Part shown: positions 29,474 to 40,301 of the stretch, in pieces | Layout of the letters: each line of letters opens with the position of its first letter | How positions within the stretch are numbered: position 1 is the first letter of the stretch | NCBI RefSeq assembly: GCF_015487465.1 | Contig: NZ_WFPS01000008.1 | Location: 10,139-74,138, forward strand | DNA from: Persephonella sp. | GTDB taxonomy: Bacteria; Aquificota; Aquificia; Aquificales; Hydrogenothermaceae | Direction: 5' to 3' | DNA length: 64,000 nucleotides | The notes under the pieces: generated by a model | What the model saw: the letters and a program-made list of their open reading frames with translations, nothing else | The model's database searches: none | Told to the model about the DNA's origin: nothing | Program-made: the position numbers and the translations under genes

Positions 29474-29810
29474 AAACTTTTTTCAACTCATTTTGCCAGA
29501 AAATTCTTTTATGATCATCATTTTTCAGGTCTATACTATACAATTTTTCTGCAAATTTGAAAAAACCTTCTGAAGGCATTCCTGTTTTTTTGCTAACTAC
29601 AAGGCTTCCTATCATAGGTTTTCCATTTTTGACATATTTTTCACAGATAACATGAAGATGCTTTGATAAAACAGTTCCCAGTGCTTTTCCCTTTTCAGGT
29701 AGTTTTTCTAGAGATTTTTTGTTGATATACGAGGCTAACTGGCTGTATGTTATCGTTTTTTTCTCTTTTGCAAGTCTGATAAGAAGCTTTTCTATCTCAA
29801 ATGTCAACAT
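29454..29810 (-). CDS. hypothetical protein (possible winged-helix) embedded in the biotin cluster
   Basis: 118-aa ORF. It overlaps the bioW stop by 14 nt and the bioH start by 20 nt. The ITYSQLASYI segment looks HTH-like. Confidence 0.5.
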   Translation of the reverse strand: MLTFEIEKLLIRLAKEKKTITYSQLASYINKKSLEKLPEKGKALGTVLSKHLHVICEKYVKNGKPMIGSLVVSKKTGMPSEGFFKFAEKLYSIDLKNDDHKRIFWQNELKKVFEEFKD

Positions 29811-30540
29811 CTTTTATCAAAACAGGTTTTTCCTCTAAAAATCTGTAGATTTTATCAATATCTGCCCCATTTTTTACAAAGTAAATTCTCCCCCCTTTTT
29901 CATTTCCTTTTTCTTTTAAGGGGGTTAACCTGTAGTAAGCCTCTTTTGTGGATACATAGCCTGTCAGATAATCAGGCTCATCTGATATACAATACTCTGC
30001 TATTATGTCTGGATAGAGCATATTTTTTGTTGTCAGTGCAAGGGCATCTGCTGTTCTTTCTGTGAAACATTTTTCTTTCAGTTTCCTGATAATCTTTTCC
30101 CTGTCTAAATAATCCACATCTGTCGTTCTAACCCCTCTGGAACGGTTTTTTTCTAATCTATTTCCCCTCAGATCAACAATCATAGCTCCTCTCATGTTTT
30201 CTCTATCTGGTGAGGCTCCAAAGTGGATAAGATCAATAAGCTGTTTTATTTTTTCTTCAGATAGCCCTGTCTGTTTTTGGATTATCTGGATAGCCCATTT
30301 GTTTGCTTCTCTGTGGTTTTTAAAGTTCATATTTACAACAGGAAGAGTTTTTTCTACCAATAAAGGCTGTTCTTTAAGAATGTCTATTTTTATGTTTATA
30401 CTGTCAAATTCTTTACGGGAAAGTCTGTCATAAAGCTGGTCTATAACAGTCTTTATCTTTTCGTATGGGGTTATTCTTTCTGCCCCTGAAATGTGTTTCC
30501 CATCTTTTGAAGCCCTTAGTTTTACGCTGAAAAGTTTCAT
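29797..30540 (-). CDS. bioW: 6-carboxyhexanoate (pimelate)-CoA ligase
   Basis: MKLFSVKLRASK.GKHISGAERI N-terminus and about 247 aa, as in characterised BioW. Confidence 0.8.
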   Translation of the reverse strand: MKLFSVKLRASKDGKHISGAERITPYEKIKTVIDQLYDRLSRKEFDSINIKIDILKEQPLLVEKTLPVVNMNFKNHREANKWAIQIIQKQTGLSEEKIKQLIDLIHFGASPDRENMRGAMIVDLRGNRLEKNRSRGVRTTDVDYLDREKIIRKLKEKCFTERTADALALTTKNMLYPDIIAEYCISDEPDYLTGYVSTKEAYYRLTPLKEKGNEKGGRIYFVKNGADIDKIYRFLEEKPVLIKDVDI

Positions 30541-31133
30541 AACTCAAGCTCATACTGAATATCAAGATTAAAAGATCTTCTGTGGATAGGGGTAAGACCG
30601 TGCTTTTTTATCTCCTGTTTGTGGAGTTTTGTAGGGTATCCTTTGTGTTTTTCAAATGAGTGTGGGTAAACTTTCCCGAACTCAACCATTATGCGATCTC
30701 TTATAACCTTAGCTATAATTGATGCTGCTGCCACAGAAAGACTCTTTTCATCTGCCTTTTTTAATGAGGTATGTGGATAAGGATCAAACTTTACATAATC
30801 AGTTATCAGATAATCATAATCTGTTTTTAAGTCTTCAAGGGCTCTTTTCATTGCTAATTTTGTTGCGTTGTATATGTTTATCCTGTCAATAACAGAGCTG
30901 TCAACAATTCCAATACCAACGGCTATGGCTTTTTGTTTGATCTGGGAGAAAAGCTGTTCTCTTTGTTTTGGGGTGAGTTTTTTTGAGTCTTTGAATATAA
31001 ATGGTTTTATCTCTTTTGGAAATATAACGGCAGCAGCAACGACAGGACCCGCAAGGGGTCCCCTTCCTGCTTCATCTATTCCTGCAATTTTGCTGTAGCC
31101 TTTTTCCCACAAGCTTTTTTCAATTTCAAGCAT
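30537..31133 (-). CDS. rnhB: ribonuclease HII
   Basis: GIDEAGRGPLAGPVV and DSK motifs. Met at 31133 chosen, because the longer ORF-track start would overlap rplS by 149 nt. Confidence 0.9.
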   Translation of the reverse strand: MLEIEKSLWEKGYSKIAGIDEAGRGPLAGPVVAAAVIFPKEIKPFIFKDSKKLTPKQREQLFSQIKQKAIAVGIGIVDSSVIDRINIYNATKLAMKRALEDLKTDYDYLITDYVKFDPYPHTSLKKADEKSLSVAAASIIAKVIRDRIMVEFGKVYPHSFEKHKGYPTKLHKQEIKKHGLTPIHRRSFNLDIQYELEL

Positions 31134-31137
31134 AAAC

Positions 31138-31536
31138 CTACTTGTTTTCTTTAGCGGCAGCAGATTCGGCAGCCCTTTTTCTGAGCTCCCACTCTTTGAT
31201 CTCTCTGATTTTAGCAGCTTTACCTCTTCTTTCTCTGAGGTAGTAGAGTTTAGCTCTTCTGACCTTACCTCTCTTGGAAAGCTCAATTTTAGCTATTGAA
31301 GGACAGGCAAATGGAAATGTTCTCTCAATACCAACTCCGTAAGACTCTTTTCTAACAGTAAAAGATCTTCCTGTTCCGCTTCCTTTCATTCTTATAACAA
31401 CACCTTCAAAAACCTGTATTCTTTCTTTGTTTCTCTCTTTTACCTTAACATGAACCTTAACTGTGTCTCCAACTCTAAACTCTGGAAGATCCTGAGGCAT
31501 ATATTTTTGCTCTATTTCTCTGATTAACTGGTGCAT
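31138..31536 (-). CDS. rplS: 50S ribosomal protein L19
   Basis: [28 protein letters not shown]. Confidence 0.95.
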   Translation of the reverse strand: MHQLIREIEQKYMPQDLPEFRVGDTVKVHVKVKERNKERIQVFEGVVIRMKGSGTGRSFTVRKESYGVGIERTFPFACPSIAKIELSKRGKVRRAKLYYLRERRGKAAKIREIKEWELRKRAAESAAAKENK

Positions 31537-31614
31537 TTCTTCCTCCTAAACGAATTTAGCAAAATAATAGTTTACTATAACTTTTTTAAATGAGCAATAC
31601 TGATGGGTAGTTGG

Positions 31615-32120
31615 TAGTTAGTTCACTGGAACATGAGTTAAATAAATAATTATGAGGTTTAAATATTACAATTCAGAAAGGGTGGTCAAAAAAGGATTTA
31701 ATCTAAACAGCTGTAATAGAAGCTTTGTAGAAAACGCAGAAAGAAACTACTATTCCCATCTATAGATGAAATGCATAGTTATATAATAAGCAAAACAATG
31801 ATTTTTGGTTATGGACGGTAGTTGCAGATAATAAGCAAACGAACAGGAGAAATATTTTATGTCTTAAAGCAAAAGATATCTAAATATAAACAGGTTCATA
31901 CAGATGGGTATCACATCTATGAGAATTTGAGAAATAGGGAGAAGAAAAAGTTTAGTCTAACCAACTGGAATGAAGGGTTACATTCAATAATAAGAGACAA
32001 ATTGGTAATGTTTAGGAGAAAAACAAAGGCTTATGTAAAAAGTGTTAATTCAATGAAAAAAGCTTTGGCTTTACTTTTTATTTACTGGAATTTTTTACCT
32101 ATGGACTTATGAACTAACTA
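31615..32120 (+). mobile_element. decayed IS1-family-like insertion sequence remnant
   Basis: 11-bp perfect terminal inverted repeats (tagttagttca at 31615..31625, tgaactaacta at 32110..32120) enclose a disrupted transposase reading frame. Confidence 0.55.
31720..32112 (+). pseudogene. IS1-like transposase (InsB-like C-terminal part), N-terminally truncated with an in-frame TAG
   Basis: The frame reads ..PSIDEMHSYIISK..GYGR*LQIISKRTGE...HTDGYHIYENL...NEGLHSIIRDKL..FRRKTKAYVKS. These resemble IS1 InsB motifs DE(M/Q)W, TDGW.LYE and ERHNLNLRQ..R....FSKS. The stop is at 31819..31821. Confidence 0.5.
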
Positions 32121-32361
32121 TTTTGAATTCTTTTGTTGACTTAACAATAAAAAAGATTTCAAATACATTTCCGGTTTGAAGTTTGCGTGATATTTTATTC
32201 TATATAGGTACAAAACATCATTAAAAATATTATTGAAAAGTTAGAAACAATAAGTTTAGGTGTATATAAAAAGCTGGTTAATTTGAAATCTTTTTGTCTA
32301 AAATATATTTATAATGATATTATTGATGTAAAATATAATTAAACTTAAGAGGGGAGTTGTA

Positions 32362-32793
32362 ATGAGATTTTTTGTTGTCTTTTTTGTAGCTCCTTTTGTA
32401 TTCTTTTTTTCGTGTGCTGAAAAGGAAATATCCGATGATAAATCTTTGAAAAAAGTGATTGATGAGCGGGAATGGGGAAGAATAAACAGGGCAAAAAAGG
32501 CTGTAAAGCTTTACACCCAGACTGCTGATGAGTATTTTAAAGAAGGAAATTATACAGGGGCACTGGAGTTTTATAACAAAGCTCTCGTTAAGCTGAAATA
32601 TCTAAAGAAACTGAAACACCCAAGAGCCGCTTACATTTATGAAAAGATGGGAGACTGTTATTTAAGACTTGGTCATAAAGATACAGCAACAGAGGCATAC
32701 CAGAAAGCATACAACATATACCTTAAATTTTATGGAGAAAATAATAAGAAAGTTAAGCAGGTCTTAGAAAAAATAAGAAAAACAGGTTCTTAA
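32362..32793 (+). CDS. TPR-repeat lipoprotein
   Basis: Signal peptide with a lipobox-like FFSC, and TPR-like repeats (YFKEGNYTGALEFYNKAL, GDCYLRLGHKDTATEAYQKAY). Confidence 0.65.
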   Translation: MRFFVVFFVAPFVFFFSCAEKEISDDKSLKKVIDEREWGRINRAKKAVKLYTQTADEYFKEGNYTGALEFYNKALVKLKYLKKLKHPRAAYIYEKMGDCYLRLGHKDTATEAYQKAYNIYLKFYGENNKKVKQVLEKIRKTGS

Positions 32794-34700
32794 CTGAGTT
32801 TTTCATTAAGGTTCTGGACTGTCCAGCAGAAAGCCGCATGTGACCATGTTAATGGGACAACCGATAAAGGCTTTCCTGTTTCAGGATCGTACTGCTCTGC
32901 AAGAAGACCAGCCTGTGATTGCCTTTCAACAGCCCAATTTATAAGCTTCAGAGCTTCATCAATCCGATCTGTTGCAATGTACCAGTCTGCAAGCCACATA
33001 GTTGTTATTATCCAGGGATTACCGGGGTAATACTTATCTATTCTGTGGTAAAGATCCCCCTCAAACCTCGCAAGCCCTTTGATCCCAAAATTTACCCATA
33101 ATCTCTCTTTTATTGCATGGACTGTGTTCAGAACTCTGTAGTCGTTCGGCGGAAGCATTCCTGTGAAGAAAACAGATATGAGGCTTGCATCAACAGTGAG
33201 ATCCTCCATAAGATTTCCATTTTTATCTCTGACCAGCATCTTTACAAATCTTTCGGCTTTTTTGTTGTAAAGATGTTTCAAAATTGCCTGCCTTACTTCC
33301 CTCGCAGCTTTTTCATATCTTTTTGATTCTTCTATATTTCCTGTAAGATGTGCCATCTTTGATGCAGACATAAGCCCTGCAAACACTGTAGAGCAGGTGT
33401 ATGTTAGAACACCCCTTCTTTCTTCCCATGGATCGTAGCTTTCAAGGGGAAGTCCATTTTCGTCCCTATATCTGACCATAAACTCCGCCGCAGGTCTCAC
33501 AAGGGAACCATACATTCTGTCTATAAACTCTATATCTTTGGTGATTTTGTAGTGGTGGTATAAAGCCCATATAACAAGGGCTGTTTCATCTTCCTGAATA
33601 GGAAGCTGGGGTTTTCCCTCCTGATCTATCCATGGATGCCATGATGATCCAAATGATCCGTCTGGAAGGTATTTTTGTAAAAAATAACCTTTTTTTGTCA
33701 AAGTTTTTGATGCAAACTCAAAGAACTTTTTTGTTGTATTTCCGTAGCCTGCCCTGTCAAGTGCCATAACGATAAATGCATTATCCCTTGGCCATGAGTA
33801 GCTGTAATGATCCTTATTAAATCTGTGGAATATACTTGAGTCTGCAGATGCTATTATAGCTCCTCTATTATCTATGTGGGCTTTTATGATAAGCAGGCTT
33901 TTGTTGTAAAGCTCTCTTATTTTTCTGCTTATTGAGCTTTTTATCTCTTTTTTCTCTTTCAGCCAGCTGTTGTGGAATATTTCTGTCTCCTCAATAAAGT
34001 GTTGTATCCCTTCTTCAAGCATTCTTTTCTGTTTTTCCTCAAGATCATCAAAACTTTCTCCTGCTATTATGTAGTAATAAAACTCCTTCTCTTCTTCAGG
34101 CTGAAGGTCTGTATAATATGCAACGACACTGTCTATATCTCCCCTTGCTATAGGGTTTTTTTCAAGCTTCTGGTTTTTTATCTGGTTCATACATGATTCT
34201 CTTTTGACGCTTATTGTGTAGTCTGATATCTCTGGGAATATAGAGATCAGAAGATATGTTGATTCCCGGTAATGAACCAGACCTTTCATCTCTGGGTGGT
34301 AAAGGGCTGTATTTCCTGCCTCTGTTTCATAGAGACAAAAATCGTGGTAAAAAAAGATCTTTATATTCTTTTTCTCTTTTGTCAAATTTTTTACAGTTAT
34401 TTTACGGATATAAACAGGAAGGTATTTGTGTATAAGATCATTTATCCTGAGGGATACCCCAAGATCTTTATTGACCGCTTTCATATCTGTAATAAGACTG
34501 TTTTTTTTGTATGAAAATTTCCTTTCCCACCCTTCGTCCATGTATCTAAGATCGCCGTCAACAGAAACTATCAGATGGTTTTTGTTTCCCCGAAGGTGGT
34601 TATACTGGCCAACATAAGGAAAGTAAAGATCCCTGAGAGATAGATATTTGTCAAAATTTATAAAAAACTGACCGTTTGATATTACAGCTTCTCTATACAT
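32790..34700 (-). CDS. glycoside hydrolase family 15 (glucoamylase/glucodextranase-like)
   Basis: 636 aa with an (alpha/alpha)6-type C-terminal region. Motifs: YSWPRDNA, LPIQEDETALVIWAL and NPWIITTMWLA. Confidence 0.8.
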   Translation of the reverse strand: MYREAVISNGQFFINFDKYLSLRDLYFPYVGQYNHLRGNKNHLIVSVDGDLRYMDEGWERKFSYKKNSLITDMKAVNKDLGVSLRINDLIHKYLPVYIRKITVKNLTKEKKNIKIFFYHDFCLYETEAGNTALYHPEMKGLVHYRESTYLLISIFPEISDYTISVKRESCMNQIKNQKLEKNPIARGDIDSVVAYYTDLQPEEEKEFYYYIIAGESFDDLEEKQKRMLEEGIQHFIEETEIFHNSWLKEKKEIKSSISRKIRELYNKSLLIIKAHIDNRGAIIASADSSIFHRFNKDHYSYSWPRDNAFIVMALDRAGYGNTTKKFFEFASKTLTKKGYFLQKYLPDGSFGSSWHPWIDQEGKPQLPIQEDETALVIWALYHHYKITKDIEFIDRMYGSLVRPAAEFMVRYRDENGLPLESYDPWEERRGVLTYTCSTVFAGLMSASKMAHLTGNIEESKRYEKAAREVRQAILKHLYNKKAERFVKMLVRDKNGNLMEDLTVDASLISVFFTGMLPPNDYRVLNTVHAIKERLWVNFGIKGLARFEGDLYHRIDKYYPGNPWIITTMWLADWYIATDRIDEALKLINWAVERQSQAGLLAEQYDPETGKPLSVVPLTWSHAAFCWTVQNLNEKLS

Positions 34701-34701
34701 C

Positions 34702-34947
34702 TTAGCCGCCGCTTACAGGTGGTATTAGGGCAACAGTGTCTCCATTTTTTAGTTTTTTCTGTATATCAGCATATTCTTCATTTACGGCAATCATTATGTT
34801 TTTTAGGTTTTCAGATAAATCAGGATACTTTTTTTGTATCTCTTTTATAAGGTCTGACACAGTTGAATTTTCTTCAATCTCAAAAAATTCATTATTTTTT
34901 TTAAGCCTGTCTTTTATAGAAGAAAAGTAAAGAACCTTAACCTTCAA
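34702..34947 (-). CDS. moaD: molybdopterin synthase sulfur carrier subunit
   Basis: 81 aa, ubiquitin-like, ending GDTVALIPPVSGG. Confidence 0.8.
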   Translation of the reverse strand: MKVKVLYFSSIKDRLKKNNEFFEIEENSTVSDLIKEIQKKYPDLSENLKNIMIAVNEEYADIQKKLKNGDTVALIPPVSGG

Positions 34948-35605
34948 ACTTTATCTCCCATTCTGTAATAAGATGGGATCCTCTCATAAAGTGTGCTCTG
35001 AGCTTCAGCTTCACAACCTCATCAAAGGAGTAAAAACCTTCTCCTCCCACTAATGTTGGTGTGTCTGTTCCACCAACAATAAACGGTATGTGTATCAACC
35101 TTATCTCGTCAACAAGCCCCAGCCTGAGAAGATTCCAGTTTAGTGTGGCACCTCCTTCAACCATAAGTTTTTTTATTCCTTTTTTGTAAAGCCTGTCCAT
35201 CATCTCTATAAGATCAACAGATTCCTCCCCACACCTGATAACCTCAACCTTTTCTTCAAGGGCTTTTACCTTTTCCTCAGGTGCTGAATGTGACGTTACT
35301 ATTATGGTTGGTGCGTGTTTTTCTAATATATTGGCATCTATAGGTATGTCTGCTTTTGATGTTGGAACTATTCTTGTTGGGTTTTTGCCCTCAACATACC
35401 TTACTGTCAAAAATGGGTTGTCTGTTCTTATAGTTTCTGCCCCTACCATTATCCCATCAACTTTTGCCCTTAGCTCGTGGAGATACCTGTTTGCTTCGTC
35501 GTCCATAAACTGCATTATTTCTTTTGATGATCTACCCTTTCTGAGGGTAAGTTTACCGTCAACTGTAACCTCTGAGACTATTATTGTGTAAGGTCTGTGC
35601 ATCAT
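34937..35605 (-). CDS. RibD C-terminal domain reductase (diaminohydroxyphosphoribosylaminopyrimidine reductase type)
   Basis: VTVDGKL......S...........LR...DGIMVGA.T...DNP.LTVR and MVEGGATLN are RibD_C/DHFR-like patterns. No deaminase domain. Confidence 0.75.
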   Translation of the reverse strand: MMHRPYTIIVSEVTVDGKLTLRKGRSSKEIMQFMDDEANRYLHELRAKVDGIMVGAETIRTDNPFLTVRYVEGKNPTRIVPTSKADIPIDANILEKHAPTIIVTSHSAPEEKVKALEEKVEVIRCGEESVDLIEMMDRLYKKGIKKLMVEGGATLNWNLLRLGLVDEIRLIHIPFIVGGTDTPTLVGGEGFYSFDEVVKLKLRAHFMRGSHLITEWEIKFEG

Positions 35606-35613
35606 TTACCCCT

Positions 35614-36237
35614 TTAGTCATAATCTTTGTTGTATTTTATGTATAGGTAGATAACTCTCTGGAATAGGGATAATGTCATAAGGGCTGTTATTATAATAAA
35701 GCCTGTCTGAAGTCCTCCAAGAATGTGAAAGTGTTCAAAAATAGAAAAAATGATAATCGCCAACATAGTTTCAGGTCTTCCAAAAAATCCTATCCCTTCA
35801 AGGGGATCATTTATCTTTCCTTTTTCCCTGTTAGCAAACCCTATCTCTGCATAAGCAACAGGTTTTATAAATGTGTGAAGCATATTGACAACAACAGCCA
35901 GAGCTGTAAGCACAGGTGTTGAGTATGTTATACCTATGAAAAAAAGAACAAAACCATCAACAAACTTATCTGCAAGCCAGTCAAAAACAGCACCGAACTT
36001 TGATGATTTTTCTGTTTCCCTTGCTACAATGCCGTCCATAAGATCAAAAAAACCGCTTAAAAGCAGGAAAAAAGCTGCTGTAAGGGGTTTTCCCTTATAA
36101 AAGGAAAAGGCAGCGAAAAGCCCCATCGCTACAGATATAAGAGTAATAACATTCGGAGTTATGTGAGCCTTAACAAAAATAAGCCCGAACGGTTCGTATA
36201 TCTTTTTTAAAGATTTTCTTTTTGATGTTAAGTTCAT
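35614..36237 (-). CDS. CDP-alcohol phosphatidyltransferase family protein
   Basis: DLMDGIVARETEKSSKFGAVFDWLADKFVD matches D-G-x2-A-R-x8-G-x3-D-x3-D. Multi-pass membrane protein. Confidence 0.85.
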   Translation of the reverse strand: MNLTSKRKSLKKIYEPFGLIFVKAHITPNVITLISVAMGLFAAFSFYKGKPLTAAFFLLLSGFFDLMDGIVARETEKSSKFGAVFDWLADKFVDGFVLFFIGITYSTPVLTALAVVVNMLHTFIKPVAYAEIGFANREKGKINDPLEGIGFFGRPETMLAIIIFSIFEHFHILGGLQTGFIIITALMTLSLFQRVIYLYIKYNKDYD

Positions 36238-36248
36238 TTACAACCCTT

Positions 36249-37271
<1,023 letters not shown>

Positions 37272-37284
37272 TTAAAATATTACA

Positions 37285-37905
37285 CTAATATGTTTTTATA
37301 ATCAAAATCCCTCTGAAACGGTATCCTCTGAGTATGTAATCAAAAACCTTTGATGCTTCTGCACTGTTTAATATAACTGTGTCTACATTTATAAGGGCGT
37401 TTCCTACTGTTATATGTTCCACATTTTCACCTTTAAACTCTTTTGCCTTTGTGTAATTAATGAGTATGTCCCCATTTTGTGATGTTACTTTAAGTTTACT
37501 GCTGAAACTTTTTGAGAGAGTTAATACCTTAAGATACACATATTTTTCTGTTTTTTTTCTAAGGCTGAGTAATTTTATTTTTTCTGGTAAAGCATCTATT
37601 TTTCGGGAAAGATCCTGAGCATCTTTTGAGGAAAAACATAGTATTCTGTAAATATTATTTTCTTTGTAAACATCAAAACAGAGGTTGTAGCTTCCAGCTA
37701 TTGATGAAAGATAAGGTTTTATAGTGTAGGAATATCTCTTTTTTGGTGAAAATCTTTCTGTATTTTCAAAATTATCAATCAAAAATGCGTGGAAGATAGA
37801 GGTGTATCCTGAAGGAAGGTTTCTCAAAACAGGCTTTTTTATACCTACCTCTCCGGCAGAAGCCTGTATTATCCATAAAAATAAAATCACAAAGATATAG
37901 ATCAT
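37285..37905 (-). CDS. hypothetical secreted protein inside the ilv operon
   Basis: 206-aa ORF with a signal peptide. Its start overlaps the ilvN stop by 4 nt. No recognised motif. Confidence 0.5.
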   Translation of the reverse strand: MIYIFVILFLWIIQASAGEVGIKKPVLRNLPSGYTSIFHAFLIDNFENTERFSPKKRYSYTIKPYLSSIAGSYNLCFDVYKENNIYRILCFSSKDAQDLSRKIDALPEKIKLLSLRKKTEKYVYLKVLTLSKSFSSKLKVTSQNGDILINYTKAKEFKGENVEHITVGNALINVDTVILNSAEASKVFDYILRGYRFRGILIIKTY

Positions 37906-38468
37906 TCTAATCTGTGTTCCTGAAGCCCTTCTTTAGCGGATTCTCTTGTTAATGCCAGCATACCTGTTCTTGCTATATCCTTGAGACCAAATGGTCTGAG
38001 AAGATTTATAAAGGCGTCTATCTTTTCAGAATCTCCTGTTATCTCTATTGTGTATGTATCTGTTGAAACATCAACCACTTTAGCTCTAAATATGTTTACA
38101 AGCCTCATTATCTCGTCTCTTGCTTTGTCTTCACCTGCATGAACTTTTATCAGAACAAGCTCCCTTTCAATATGGGGAACATCTGTTATGTCCCTGACCC
38201 TCAATGTCTCAACAAGTTTTCTAAGCTGTTTTATTATCTGTTCAACGACCCTCTCGTTACCTTCAACAACTATTGTTATTCTTGCAACGTTAGGCTCATG
38301 GGTTTTACCTACTGTAAGGCTCTCTATGTTGTATCCCCTTCCTGCAAACAAAGATGTTATCCTTGTCAGAACACCAAAGTTGTGCATCACTCTGACTATT
38401 ATCACATGCTTCCTTGTTTCTGTTTTTGGAAGTGGTCTTACTTTTACAGCTTTTATATCTTCTGTCAT
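37902..38468 (-). CDS. ilvN: acetolactate synthase small (regulatory) subunit
   Basis: ACT-domain pattern H.I.V.V.N..GVL.RI..LF..RGYNIESLTVG.T. Confidence 0.9.
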   Translation of the reverse strand: MTEDIKAVKVRPLPKTETRKHVIIVRVMHNFGVLTRITSLFAGRGYNIESLTVGKTHEPNVARITIVVEGNERVVEQIIKQLRKLVETLRVRDITDVPHIERELVLIKVHAGEDKARDEIMRLVNIFRAKVVDVSTDTYTIEITGDSEKIDAFINLLRPFGLKDIARTGMLALTRESAKEGLQEHRLE

Positions 38469-38480
38469 TTTTGAACTCCT

Positions 38481-40226
38481 TTATCCTACAAGATACATGG
38501 TTTCGGCTTCGCCCTTTTGTTTAGGGCTAACTATCATCTCTCTGTAACTTTTTCCTGCAGGAACCATAGGTAAAACATTTTCTTCCCTGTCAACCACAAA
38601 ATCCATAATCACAGGTCTGTCGTTTATCTCCATAGCTTTCTGGAGAACCTGTCTGACCTCTTTTGGTTTTGTTGCTCTGAGCCCTACAGCTCCCATTGCC
38701 TCTGCAAGTTTTACAAAGTCTGGGTGCACAGCAAGACATACAGATGAGTATCTGCTGTCGTAGAAAAGTTGCTGCCACTGACGGACCATTCCTAAAAACT
38801 CATTGTTTATTATGGCTATTTTTACAGGAACCCTATATTGAACAGCAGTAATAACATCTTGCATGTTCATAACAAATGAGCCGTCACCTTCTATTGCAAA
38901 TACCGTTTTATCAGGTTTTCCAAGTTTTGCTCCAACTGCTGCAGGAAAGCCATATCCCATTGTTCCAAGACCACCAGAGTTTAAAAACTGTCTTGGGAAT
39001 TTGTATTTGTAAAACATTGCAGCCCACATCTGGTGCTGTCCAACACCTGCAGATATTATCGCTTCTCCTTTTGTAATGTTGTAAATCTCCTCTATCACAT
39101 ACTGGGGCTTTATTATCTTGTCAGATTGTTGGTATGTAAGAGGGTGTTTTTCCCTCCATTTTTCTATCTGTTTCAGCCAGCTTTCCCTTGCTTTTACCCA
39201 CTCAACAGGTTTTTTCTTTAGTTCTTTCAGAAGTTTCTGGAGAACATTTTTAACATCTCCAACGATAGGCACATCAACATGTATGTTTTTGCTTATAGAT
39301 GCAGGATCAATATCTATATGTATTATCTTTGCTTCCGGTGCAAACTCGTCTATCTTCCCTGTTACCCTGTCGTCAAATCTTGCACCTACAGCAATCAACA
39401 AATCACTATTGTAAACAGCCATGTTCGCGTAGTAAGTCCCGTGCATTCCAAGCATGTGAAGGGCAAGGGGGTGGTTTTCATCAAAAGCCCCTTTTCCCAT
39501 ATTTGTTGTTGCAACAGGTATTCTTGTAAGTTCTGCAAGTTCTCTCAGCTCTTGTGAGGCATTTCCTATTATTACTCCTCCTCCAACATAAAGAACCGGT
39601 CTTTTTGCTTTTCTTATAAGCTCTGCAGCTCTTTTTATCTGAACAGGATTTCCCTCATAATGGGGTCTGTATCCTGGAAGGGCATCTTCAACATCTTTTA
39701 TAGTAGGCATTTTGTAGTCGTATACCTGCTGTGTTATGTCTTTTGGTATGTCAACCAGAACAGGTCCTGGTCTTCCTGTTCTTGCAAGATAAAAAGCCTC
39801 TCTCAGTATGAGGGCAAGATCTTTAATGTCTGTAACAAGAAAGTTATGTTTCGTTATTGGTCTTGTTATCCCGACAACGTCAGCCTCCTGAAATGCATCT
39901 GTCCCTATGTAGTTTCTTGGAACCTGACCTGTTATCGCCACAACAGGAACAGAGTCCATGTGGGCTGTTGCCAGACCTGTCACAAGGTTTGTTGCCCCTG
40001 GTCCTGATGTTGCAAGAACGACACCAACCTTCCCTGTAGCCCTTGCATATCCGTCTGCCATGTGGGCAGCAGCCTGCTCATGTCTTGCAAGGATATTCCT
40101 CAGGGGGGCGTCAAACAATGCATCATACACTTCCATTATGGCTCCGCCGGGAAGTCCAAAAACCGTATCAACCCCCTCCTCTATTAAAACATCTATAACA
40201 ATATCTGCACCTCTTTTTTCAGGCAT
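38481..40226 (-). CDS. ilvB: acetolactate synthase large subunit
   Basis: ThDP-enzyme motifs [14 protein letters not shown] and [19 protein letters not shown]. Confidence 0.95.
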   Translation of the reverse strand: MPEKRGADIVIDVLIEEGVDTVFGLPGGAIMEVYDALFDAPLRNILARHEQAAAHMADGYARATGKVGVVLATSGPGATNLVTGLATAHMDSVPVVAITGQVPRNYIGTDAFQEADVVGITRPITKHNFLVTDIKDLALILREAFYLARTGRPGPVLVDIPKDITQQVYDYKMPTIKDVEDALPGYRPHYEGNPVQIKRAAELIRKAKRPVLYVGGGVIIGNASQELRELAELTRIPVATTNMGKGAFDENHPLALHMLGMHGTYYANMAVYNSDLLIAVGARFDDRVTGKIDEFAPEAKIIHIDIDPASISKNIHVDVPIVGDVKNVLQKLLKELKKKPVEWVKARESWLKQIEKWREKHPLTYQQSDKIIKPQYVIEEIYNITKGEAIISAGVGQHQMWAAMFYKYKFPRQFLNSGGLGTMGYGFPAAVGAKLGKPDKTVFAIEGDGSFVMNMQDVITAVQYRVPVKIAIINNEFLGMVRQWQQLFYDSRYSSVCLAVHPDFVKLAEAMGAVGLRATKPKEVRQVLQKAMEINDRPVIMDFVVDREENVLPMVPAGKSYREMIVSPKQKGEAETMYLVG

Positions 40227-40301
40227 TTGCTTTTCACCTCTAAAAAAATATGTCTGGAGATTGTATATTATTATAAGCCTTAAAACTACTTTTGTATAAT
40301 C

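Noticed and set aside
31134-31286. N-terminal extension of rnhB in the ORF track (start at 31286)
   Set aside because: It would overlap rplS by 149 nt and would add a low-complexity Ser/Glu/Lys leader not seen in RNase HII. Met at 31133 lies 5 nt after the rplS stop and precedes the conserved GIDEAGRG core at normal spacing.
38590-40299. Multiple 60-115-aa ORFs on both strands within ilvB (e.g. 39660..40007, 39958..40299, 38590..38778)
   Set aside because: All are nested in, or antisense to, the strongly supported acetolactate synthase gene, and none has a motif or plausible translation signals.
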